Source: an uncultured archaeon
Lineage (GTDB): Archaea > Altiarchaeota > Altiarchaeia > IMC4 > QMZM01
Assembly: GCA_964549685.1 (NCBI GenBank)
Contig: CAZJVE010000001.1
Span: forward strand, 83,806-147,805
DNA: 64,000 nucleotides
Reading direction: 5' to 3'
Shown: positions 6,450-14,753 of the stretch, one piece after another
Layout: each line of letters begins with the position of its first letter
Position numbering within the stretch: the first letter of the stretch is position 1
Position numbers and translations under genes: made by a program
Notes under the pieces: model-generated
What the model saw: only the letters and a program-made list of their open reading frames with translations
Databases searched by the model: none
What the model was told of the DNA's origin: nothing

Positions 6450-9400
6450 ATGGAAGACAAAGATAAAATAGAAGAGAAAGAAGCAGCGATAATTGATATA
6501 GTATCTGATGGGGTTTACTTCCTCGATTTAGAAGGTAGAATAACCAGGGTTAACAAGTCTGTGGGGAGATTTGGATATAAAAAAGAAGACCTAATCGGAA
6601 AACCATGCACTGATTTTATTGCTGAGAAAGATATAGAGAAGGCCTTGAGATTAATAAAAACCTGCATTGAAAAGGGCAACATTTCGAATCATGAGTTCAA
6701 CCTGAAGGCCAAGGATGGGAAAGAGAATCCTGCCTTGGTTAGTGCCACACTTACGAGAGGTGTGGGAGGTAAGCCTGCTGGGATTGTCGTTATAGCCAAG
6801 GACATCACTAATCTCAAGAAAGCAGAGGAGATTTTAAAGGAATCCGAAGAGAAATACAAAACTTTGGTAGAAAACATGGCTGATTCTGTTTGCATTGTTG
6901 ATTTAAAGGGGAGAGCTTTGTTTGCCAATAAAGCCGCTGAAGAATTAACTGGCTACCGCCTTGGGGAGGAAAGAGGGCAGAGTATCAGAAAACTCTTTCC
7001 GAAAAAATACTGGCCTCTTTGCCTTAAAAAAATAAGCCAATCAACATTAGGCAAGCCGGTTCCATATTTTGAGATTGAGATAATAGATAGAAGTGGCAAA
7101 AGAATTCCTGTTGAAACGGGAGGTCAGTTGATTGAATTCAAGGGGAAAAAGGCCATACAGATTGTTACAAGAGATATCAGCGAGCGGAAGAATGTAGCGG
7201 GAGCACTACAACAACAGGCGAAAGATCTAAATCTGATGAATGAGATGGTGATTGAGCTGGCAGATGCGTCCTCCGTGGATGATATTCACAAGCTTGTCTG
7301 CGAGGGGCTGAAAAGCATCACGGGTGCCTTGATAACTACCATTAGTATTTACAATCCACGGAAGCAAGAACTCAGGATAGAGCATATTAGCGCTGAGAGT
7401 AAACTAATCGATAAAGCAGGGAGGATACTAGGTAAAAGAGTGAAGGACTTGCGAACACCTCTTGAGCCTGATATCCCTGAGATGATGCTATCGAAGAGGG
7501 TAGAGAAGTTGGAGGGGTTACATGAGCTTACATTCGGTGCCATTCCAAAACCTGTTGCCAGTGTACTTGAAAAGAGTCTAGGGATTGGCGATGTCTATGC
7601 CTTGGCTTTACACCATAAAGGGGAACTTATAGGCACTATGCCGATTATAATGCCCAAACACTCGCCTCCGCTCTCGCTTGAGATGCTTGAGGCCTTCTCT
7701 AATCTGGCCTCTACTTCAATACAGCGCAGGAAGGCGGAGGAGGAGCTGAATAGAGCATACGACGATTTGGAGGTAAAAGTTCAGGAACGGACTGTAGAGT
7801 TAACAAAATCTACTGAGAAATTACATGCTGAGATTGCCGAGCGCAAGGATACCGAGGAGGCGTTGCGAGAATCAGAAGGAAAGTATAGAAACATTGTTGA
7901 ACTGGCACCTGAGAGCATTATGACCTTAGATATAAAGGGTGTGGTTACATCATGCAACCCTGCATTTCTTAAAACAACGGGGTTTTCTAAAGATGAGATA
8001 ATTGGAAAACATTTTTCAAAGCTCCCAACCCTTCGTGCTAGAGACATTCCAGAATATGCAAAGGTATTAAGCTCTATTCTTAGTGGAAACATTCCTAAAC
8101 CTTTTGAGTTTATATGGACCCATAAAGATGGGACTAGCCGTTTTGGCGAGGCTTATTTTGGTCTACAGAAAAGGGGACAGAGAATAACGGGCATACAGAT
8201 TATTCTAATTGACATCACCGAGCGGAAGGGGGCGGACGAGGCGTTGCGCGAGAGCGAGGAGAAGTACAGGAGGATGTTTGAGCTCTCTCCCGAGGGCATC
8301 GTTCTCTTAGATGGAAAAGGGATGTTGTTGGATGCGAATGAAAAAGCATACGACTTTACCGGATACGGTCCGGAGTATATCATTGGAAAGAACGTGTTCG
8401 AGTTACCGTTTTTTACCGATGAAACCAAGGCCAAAATCAGGGAGAACTTCGCTCAGAGGATGGCCGGCAAGGAAATCCCACCCTATGAAGTCGAGTTCAT
8501 CAACAAGAGGGGAGAAAAACGTGTTGTAACGATATTCGCTACCACGATAAAGGATGAAGAGGAAAAGATAATCGGTGAACTTGTAATCATATCTGATATC
8601 ACCGAGCGGAAGCGTGCGGAGGAGGAGCTCAAGATTAAGAATATGGCTGTGGAGTCTTCAATTAGCGGCATAGGGATAACAGACCTTGAAGGGAAACTCA
8701 CTTACGTGAATGACTCCATTTTAAAGATGTGGGGCTATAAAGACAAGAGTGAGATACTAGGGAAACCTCTACCGGAATTCTGGGAAGGGGATAGGGTATT
8801 TCAGACAATTAAAAACCTTCAAGAAAAGGGCTTTGATAGTGGTGAGGACATAGGAAAAAGAAAAGACGGGTCACTATTCAATTTACTATTCACCGCAAAC
8901 GTGATTAAAGACGAGAAAGGCGAGCCAACTGCAATGCTTGGGTCATTTATGGACATCACCGAGCGGAAGGGGGTGGAGGAGGCGCTGCAGGAGAGCGAGG
9001 AAAGATTAGTTAGCTTTATGGAATCATCGCCAGATGCCTTTGGTCTCTTAGACTCAGACTTGAACTACGTTGAAGTTAACAGGAAGGGATTGGGGATGTT
9101 AGGTCTGACTGAAGAGGAGATAATAGGTAAGAATATCTTAGAGATTGCGCCGGGTCTTGAAGAAACAGGTAGATATGATAAATTTTTAGAAGTTATAAAA
9201 ACAGGCAAACCCTTCTTTGTAGATGATATTGTCCCTGTCAGAAAATCAGGAGATATTCATGTGGCTTTGAGGGCCTTTAAAGTAGGTGATGGTCTTGGGA
9301 TTATTACCTCAGACATCACCGAGCGCAAGCGAGCTGAAGCGGCAATCCAAGAGTCAGAAGACAAGTTCAAGAAATTATTTGAATTCGCACCAGATGGCTA

Positions 9401-11168
9401 TTATTTGAACGACTTAAAAGGTAACTTCGTAGACGGCAATAAAGCTGGAGAGGAGTTGGTCGGTTATAAGAAAGAGGAATTAATCGGGAAGAGTTTCTTG
9501 AAGCTGAAGCTACTGCTTCCGGAACAGATTCCAAAAGCAGCCAAGCTTCTTGCCAAAAATGCTTTAGGGAAACCTACAGGACCAGATGAGTTCACTTTAA
9601 ACCGGAAGGATGGTACTCAGGTCCCAGTGGAAATAAGAACGTTTCCGGTAGAGATTAAAGGTCATAAGTTGGTACTGGGCACTGCACGGGATGTCACAGA
9701 ACGAAAGCAAAGGGAAGGGGAAATCCTGAAACTGAAGGAATTCAGCGAGAATATCGTAGAAAACATTCCATCGCCACTTGCGGTATTTGATAAAGACCTG
9801 AGGATAGTCTCCATGAATAAGAGATTCTGTGAACTCCATGGAAAAAAGAAGGGGGAGTTAGAAGGAAGGTCTCTCTATGAACTACACCCCGAGGAAGAGA
9901 TAAAGAGGAATAAAATTGATGAGAAATTAAGGCATGTGTTGGAAACAGGAGAGCTGATGGAGAGTAGAGGAGTAACTCGTGAATCGCCAAAGGGTGAGAG
10001 AATACTGGATATAGAATTCATTCCGGTCAAAAAAGCAGAAGAAGACATGCAGGTGATGGTGATAGCCAATGACATTACCGATAGAATCAGAAAAACGGAG
10101 CTTCAGGAAAAGCTGGACCTGCTCACCAAGAAAAAACTGAAGATAAGCGAGAATGACAAACTGATACTTTACAGCCTGACAGAGAATCCACTGGCTACGG
10201 ACGATGAGCTCTCTTCCAAGCTGAACCTGCCAAGAACGACAATAACCGGTATAAAGAACAGATTGAGGGATAAGGAGTTCTATTCAACGATTGCGGTTCC
10301 GAATTTCAATGCGCTTGGCTGTGAGCTTCTCACCATAGCCTATGGGAAATTTAGCCCCTCAGCGGATGAAAAGGAAAGGGAGAAGTTCATAAAAGAGAAG
10401 ATTCCGGAGATAGTTTATTCATTAGCCACAAATTCGGAATTCGTCTTCGTTTCCATGGCCAGGAATCTGACGGATTTCGAGAGGTATGTCGGCTCTATGC
10501 TGGAGTTGTATCAGCAGAAGAATCTTATCGGAGATATGGGCGTAATTCATATTCCTTTTGGGCTCAGCAAGAGAACATACCTCAATTTCGCACCGGTTCT
10601 GGGCAACCTTTTGGACCTGGATTTTGCAACGGAACACGGAGAATTTATATGGTCCAAGGAAGCGAAAAGGGAACTCGGTCAGAACGAAAAGATGGTTCTT
10701 TACGAATTTACAAAAAGCCCGGATTCAAGCAGTAAAGACGTAGCAGAGATAACGGGGCTAAGCAGGGTTACAGTTAACCAGATAAAGAAGAAACTAATGG
10801 ACGAGAATCTGCTCAGGTTTGTCAGGATTCCGAATCTGGAGAAGATTGGCTGTGAGATTCTTGCAGCGTGCAGTGAAAATTTCAGGCCGGAGTTCTCCTT
10901 TGATGTGAGATCCAAGAGTATGCTGTCAATGAACAAGAACGGCCACTTGTTTTTGGGTGGTGAAACAGACCTGCAGTCAACGCATCTCTGCGTTTTCAGA
11001 AATTTTACGGAGTATAAGGATATGTATGAAAAGTATGTAACTGAAATGAAGAGAAAGAATTTTTATGCAAGAGACCCCAGAATCTTTATAATGCCAATTC
11101 AGGAGGTTAAGTATGAGATGATATCATTTGCTCCTTTGGCAGAGAGGATTCTTGGATTAGAGGATTAG
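6450..11168 (+). CDS. Giant one-component sensor: PAS-PAS-GAF-6xPAS fused to tandem Lrp/AsnC-like HTH modules
   Basis: Eight PAS/PAC units ending DIT/DIS/DVT-E(R/N)K, a GAF-like segment at about aa 255-430, C-terminal ENDKLILYSL...LNLPRTTITGIKNRL and NEKMVLYEF...TGLSRVTVNQIKKKL; no His-kinase H-box or HATPase seen. Confidence 0.85.
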   Translation: MEDKDKIEEKEAAIIDIVSDGVYFLDLEGRITRVNKSVGRFGYKKEDLIGKPCTDFIAEKDIEKALRLIKTCIEKGNISNHEFNLKAKDGKENPALVSATLTRGVGGKPAGIVVIAKDITNLKKAEEILKESEEKYKTLVENMADSVCIVDLKGRALFANKAAEELTGYRLGEERGQSIRKLFPKKYWPLCLKKISQSTLGKPVPYFEIEIIDRSGKRIPVETGGQLIEFKGKKAIQIVTRDISERKNVAGALQQQAKDLNLMNEMVIELADASSVDDIHKLVCEGLKSITGALITTISIYNPRKQELRIEHISAESKLIDKAGRILGKRVKDLRTPLEPDIPEMMLSKRVEKLEGLHELTFGAIPKPVASVLEKSLGIGDVYALALHHKGELIGTMPIIMPKHSPPLSLEMLEAFSNLASTSIQRRKAEEELNRAYDDLEVKVQERTVELTKSTEKLHAEIAERKDTEEALRESEGKYRNIVELAPESIMTLDIKGVVTSCNPAFLKTTGFSKDEIIGKHFSKLPTLRARDIPEYAKVLSSILSGNIPKPFEFIWTHKDGTSRFGEAYFGLQKRGQRITGIQIILIDITERKGADEALRESEEKYRRMFELSPEGIVLLDGKGMLLDANEKAYDFTGYGPEYIIGKNVFELPFFTDETKAKIRENFAQRMAGKEIPPYEVEFINKRGEKRVVTIFATTIKDEEEKIIGELVIISDITERKRAEEELKIKNMAVESSISGIGITDLEGKLTYVNDSILKMWGYKDKSEILGKPLPEFWEGDRVFQTIKNLQEKGFDSGEDIGKRKDGSLFNLLFTANVIKDEKGEPTAMLGSFMDITERKGVEEALQESEERLVSFMESSPDAFGLLDSDLNYVEVNRKGLGMLGLTEEEIIGKNILEIAPGLEETGRYDKFLEVIKTGKPFFVDDIVPVRKSGDIHVALRAFKVGDGLGIITSDITERKRAEAAIQESEDKFKKLFEFAPDGYYLNDLKGNFVDGNKAGEELVGYKKEELIGKSFLKLKLLLPEQIPKAAKLLAKNALGKPTGPDEFTLNRKDGTQVPVEIRTFPVEIKGHKLVLGTARDVTERKQREGEILKLKEFSENIVENIPSPLAVFDKDLRIVSMNKRFCELHGKKKGELEGRSLYELHPEEEIKRNKIDEKLRHVLETGELMESRGVTRESPKGERILDIEFIPVKKAEEDMQVMVIANDITDRIRKTELQEKLDLLTKKKLKISENDKLILYSLTENPLATDDELSSKLNLPRTTITGIKNRLRDKEFYSTIAVPNFNALGCELLTIAYGKFSPSADEKEREKFIKEKIPEIVYSLATNSEFVFVSMARNLTDFERYVGSMLELYQQKNLIGDMGVIHIPFGLSKRTYLNFAPVLGNLLDLDFATEHGEFIWSKEAKRELGQNEKMVLYEFTKSPDSSSKDVAEITGLSRVTVNQIKKKLMDENLLRFVRIPNLEKIGCEILAACSENFRPEFSFDVRSKSMLSMNKNGHLFLGGETDLQSTHLCVFRNFTEYKDMYEKYVTEMKRKNFYARDPRIFIMPIQEVKYEMISFAPLAERILGLED

Positions 11169-11455
11169 CCCTTCAATGCTGCCAGCATCTCCCTGTTGAC
11201 CTTTTTGGATTCCTTGAATTCCTTACAAAGCTCAGCCAACTTCTTTTTAAGATTGCTCACTTCCCTTGCTTGTTTTTCCATGCCGGATGTCTTTTCCTTT
11301 AGAGCCTTAATCTCATTCTTCTGCTCATTAAATCTTCTGTTTATAAGGGATACCATCTCTCCAAGGAACATATTCAATTCAAGGTCCGATTCCTCTGCCT
11401 CTTTGGTTTTCTTAGTTTCCACCATTTTTTTACTTAATGTTTTTGATTCTATCAT
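11165..11455 (-). CDS. Coiled-coil hypothetical protein
   Basis: Heptad K/E-rich sequence; overlaps the end of the TrmB-family gene. Confidence 0.65.
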   Translation of the reverse strand: MIESKTLSKKMVETKKTKEAEESDLELNMFLGEMVSLINRRFNEQKNEIKALKEKTSGMEKQAREVSNLKKKLAELCKEFKESKKVNREMLAALKG

Positions 11456-12242
11456 TTAAATCTTCCATTACCTCCCATCTTGACTCAAATAGGTTGTTGA
11501 GCATTGAAACCATCTCCGGGTTGTCTACAATAAGGCCTGCATCGTATTCCGCTTGCTTTGGGTCTGTTCTTGTGATTAAAAGAGCCTTCTGACCATCGAA
11601 TGTAAAAAAACCTGTATGCGGCTCTGAGGTATATCTGATGTTGACATGCTTTGATATGTCCTTTACCAGAGGTAGATTCTTTTTATCAACAGGTGTTGCG
11701 AGTCTTATGTCGACTCCATTGGCTTTGATCTTCTTGAAGAAAACATCATCTACTGTTTCGGAAAGAAGAGCATACCTGCGATAAGATGCCATTATATACA
11801 CGTGGTTCAGAGACTCCATCAGGAAGTCCGTAAGATATTTTGCTATATTGGACCTGCCCCTAATTACTGAAGCGACATTCATCGAATTTGAAAAGAATGG
11901 TGACTCGGTAATTGCTGATTCAAGCTCCGGGAGAATTTCATCCCTCGCCTCTTTAATCGCCTGGATTCTCTTTTCATGCTTTTTGATGGATTCCTCCTCA
12001 AAAATCTTGAAAATATTCTTTGGGTGCACGACCTTGTATTTTACCGGCTTTGTGGGGTAAAGAACAAGAAAGCCCTTCTTTTCCAGAGAAGATACTATCT
12101 CATAGGCCTTGGTTCTGGGAATCCCAGAGATTTGGGATATATCAGAAACAGTTAGGGATTCTTGCCTGAGTAGAGAGACATATACCTTTGCCTCGTATTG
12201 AGACATTCCCAGGGAGGTGAGCCTCTCAAGCAGAGGGCTCAT
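11430..12242 (-). CDS. TrmB-family transcriptional regulator
   Basis: LGMSQYEAKVYVSLL...SGIPRTKAYEIVSSLEKKG HTH plus PLD-like effector domain. Confidence 0.92.
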   Translation of the reverse strand: MSPLLERLTSLGMSQYEAKVYVSLLRQESLTVSDISQISGIPRTKAYEIVSSLEKKGFLVLYPTKPVKYKVVHPKNIFKIFEEESIKKHEKRIQAIKEARDEILPELESAITESPFFSNSMNVASVIRGRSNIAKYLTDFLMESLNHVYIMASYRRYALLSETVDDVFFKKIKANGVDIRLATPVDKKNLPLVKDISKHVNIRYTSEPHTGFFTFDGQKALLITRTDPKQAEYDAGLIVDNPEMVSMLNNLFESRWEVMEDLNDRIKNIK

Positions 12243-12326
12243 CTACCTCCACCTCCGATTATTTAGCATTCTTCAACCAATAACCTAGCAACCGTATATA
12301 TTAGCGATTACCTATATATATCTGAT

Positions 12327-12359
12327 TTAGTGTTACACTAACGCTAATGACAGTCATTA
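12327..12359. promoter_or_regulatory. Two adjacent perfect 15-bp palindromes in the trmB/lrp divergent promoter
   Basis: TTAGTGT-T-ACACTAA (12327-12341) and TAATGAC-A-GTCATTA (12345-12359). Confidence 0.6.
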
Positions 12360-12425
12360 CATTATGTCTGAATTTTGTACCAAAACTCGACATAAATTAT
12401 TACAATATAGGATATAAAAGACAAA

Positions 12426-12881
12426 ATGACTACCGAAATTGATGAGACTGACAAGAAGATACTTATGATGCTTCAGCAGGATGGGAGGCTCGCCTATAAC
12501 GACATAGCCAAATCCCTCGGAATGTCGCAGTCAACTGTGTATGATAGAGTAAGGAGGATGGAGGAGGACGGAATCATAGAGAGATTCACCATAATCCTGA
12601 ATCCAAGAAAGGTTGGTAAAAGTGTAATTGCATTTATAGGGCTGGATACATATCCCAAGGAGATAGAGAGGATTGCAGAGGCCGTAGCAAAATTCGACGA
12701 GGTTTCAGGGGTTTATCTGACAACGGGGGATTATGACATAACGATAAAGGTTATAGTAGATAGCATGAATGTGTTAAATGATTTCGTAATCAAAAAGCTT
12801 TCAACGATAGATGGTCTGAGGAATATCTCCACGCAGCTGGTTCTCGGCACTTATAAATCGACGCCTGTAATTTCTCTTTAG
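12426..12881 (+). CDS. Lrp/AsnC family transcriptional regulator
   Basis: IDETDKKILMMLQQDGR...VYLTTGDYD. Confidence 0.95.
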   Translation: MTTEIDETDKKILMMLQQDGRLAYNDIAKSLGMSQSTVYDRVRRMEEDGIIERFTIILNPRKVGKSVIAFIGLDTYPKEIERIAEAVAKFDEVSGVYLTTGDYDITIKVIVDSMNVLNDFVIKKLSTIDGLRNISTQLVLGTYKSTPVISL

Positions 12882-12882
12882 A

Positions 12883-13815
12883 ATGGCCTTAGAACTCTGG
12901 TTAGGAATAATGGCAGCAAGCTTACTGCTGCTTGTGAAATCAGCAGATTACCTGACGGACTCTGCTGAGAAAATTGGGCTCTTCCTGGGGGCTCCCCAAT
13001 TCATTGTAGGCATAACCATTGTAGCTATAGGCACCTCAGTCCCAGAGTTGGTGACTTCTCTTTTCTCAGTCTTCCGAGATTCTTCTGAGTTTGTAATGGG
13101 TATTGTAGTGGGGTCTAATATTGCCAATGTACTACTGATCCTGGGAGTAATCTCGATTATAAAGGGGAGATCCATTCGAATCAAAAGGGACATTAAGAAA
13201 GTAGATTACACATTTTTCTTGTCTTCTGCTCTCCTCCTGACCTTCACCGCCTATGACGGAACGTTAGATATTATTGACGGTCTCCTGTTGATAGCCGGCT
13301 ACCTTATCTACACCAAATACTTTATCGATAGCCATGAGAATGATAAAGAGAAAACAGAGGTAGAATTCTCATGGAAACCCATAATAATATTCTTGCTCAG
13401 CGTGGGGGGAGTATATCTGGGTGGAAAATACACCATAGATTCTGTTGTGCAGCTCACCCAGATATGGGGGGTTCCAGATACATCTATAATTGCCATGAGT
13501 GTGGTAGCTATTGGTACCAGCTTACCTGAGCTTTCAGTAGCGATTGTAGCAGTTAAGAAGAGACAGAATGAGTTGCTGATAGGGAATATCCTGGGGTCAA
13601 ATATATTTAATTCTTTTCTCGTTATAGGGATTCCCACTCTTATTTCTCCCCTTAAGGTCTCTTCCAGTCTATTGAATATGGGAATACCCTTCATGCTGGG
13701 TGCCTCTCTGTTGTTCATAATCCTTACTCTGGATAACAAGATAACAATACATGAGGCCCTATTCCTACTACTCTTCTATACCCTTTATTTATTAAAGCTT
13801 TCTGGAGTTGCATGA
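12883..13815 (+). CDS. Ca2+/cation antiporter (CaCA family, YrbG/NCX_Mj-like)
   Basis: Two alpha-repeats GTSVPE...GSNIAN and GTSLPE...GSNIFN. Confidence 0.93.
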   Translation: MALELWLGIMAASLLLLVKSADYLTDSAEKIGLFLGAPQFIVGITIVAIGTSVPELVTSLFSVFRDSSEFVMGIVVGSNIANVLLILGVISIIKGRSIRIKRDIKKVDYTFFLSSALLLTFTAYDGTLDIIDGLLLIAGYLIYTKYFIDSHENDKEKTEVEFSWKPIIIFLLSVGGVYLGGKYTIDSVVQLTQIWGVPDTSIIAMSVVAIGTSLPELSVAIVAVKKRQNELLIGNILGSNIFNSFLVIGIPTLISPLKVSSSLLNMGIPFMLGASLLFIILTLDNKITIHEALFLLLFYTLYLLKLSGVA

Positions 13816-13865
13816 GAGTTAGGCACTACAGACTCTATTTTTCTGTCTAAATCAATAGAATAACT

Positions 13866-14075
13866 ATGTCAGATCTGCCAACAGCCCCGATTGAACGGAT
13901 TATACGTAAGGCAGGTGCTTCAAGGGTTAGTCCAGATGGTGCGGAAGCTCTGAGGGATGTCTTGGAAGAGATGAGTATAGACATTGCTGCCAAGGCAGTT
14001 AAACTGGCCGAACACGCTGGCAGAAAAACAGTGAAGGCAAAGGATATCAAATTAGCTGTTTCTCAGGAGGTATGA
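13866..14075 (+). CDS. Archaeal histone (HMf-like)
   Basis: [19 protein letters not shown]...[14 protein letters not shown]. Confidence 0.95.
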   Translation: MSDLPTAPIERIIRKAGASRVSPDGAEALRDVLEEMSIDIAAKAVKLAEHAGRKTVKAKDIKLAVSQEV

Positions 14076-14151
14076 GTGCTTGCTTGAAGATGCAGGACAT
14101 GACAGCAAGGATTCCCTTTTTTCATCTCTTAGTTCGTATTCCTGTTGGGAT

Positions 14152-14400
14152 TCAAGCACTTTCTATCTCGATAGAATAATCCTGAATCACTGGGTTGGCA
14201 AGAAGCCTCTTGCACATCTCCTCGGCCTTTTTTCTGGCTTCGTCCTCGGATTTGGCATCTATTTCAATCGCATATGCTTTGACAGAATCCACGCCCTTGA
14301 CAGGAAAGCCCAAGAGCTGGAGGGACTTCTGGACCGTCTCTCCTTCAGCGTCCATCACTCCAGGCTTCAGTTGAATCCGAACCTCTGCTTTATAGGTCAT
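14152..14400 (-). CDS. purS: Phosphoribosylformylglycinamidine synthase subunit PurS
   Basis: LKPGVMDAEG...MCKRLLANPVIQDY. Confidence 0.95.
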   Translation of the reverse strand: MTYKAEVRIQLKPGVMDAEGETVQKSLQLLGFPVKGVDSVKAYAIEIDAKSEDEARKKAEEMCKRLLANPVIQDYSIEIESA

Positions 14401-14429
14401 GGTAATTATTCGGATGGAGGGTGTAAAAA

Positions 14430-14735
14430 TTACCTGTAGGCGATGCCGTTGTAGTCCTTTTCCTTCTTCCTGAAGGATTTCTTGACAAGGCCTCTTCGCT
14501 GCTCGGCCTTGATGCCAGCAAAAGTGAAGTCGGTTCTAAGGAGCCTGATGAATGTCTTGTCAGGCAGCTGGTCAAAGCCGAGGATTCCTGCCCTTCCAAG
14601 CTCGGATAGGGCCGGTTTCAGGGAGCCTTCCTTTATCCCGAGCTCGGTGCTGAGGTCTTTGACTGTGGCAGGATAATTCTCCATAAGAAATCTTAGAATT
14701 CTCGCCTCCAGGGAGTCTTTTTTAATCTCAATCAT
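14430..14735 (-). CDS. Winged-helix protein, putative regulator
   Basis: ARILRFLMENYPATVKDLSTELGI...ALSELGRAGIL. Confidence 0.65.
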   Translation of the reverse strand: MIEIKKDSLEARILRFLMENYPATVKDLSTELGIKEGSLKPALSELGRAGILGFDQLPDKTFIRLLRTDFTFAGIKAEQRRGLVKKSFRKKEKDYNGIAYR

Positions 14736-14753
14736 TCTGTTAATAATCTAGAC

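Noticed and set aside
10100-11168. Histidine kinase output for the multi-PAS protein
   Set aside because: No H-box or N/G1/G2 ATPase boxes; the region shows two HTH modules instead
14076-14151. Integrase or att site bounding the left island
   Set aside because: No tRNA, integrase, transposase or direct repeat visible at this edge; mobility is not supported within the window
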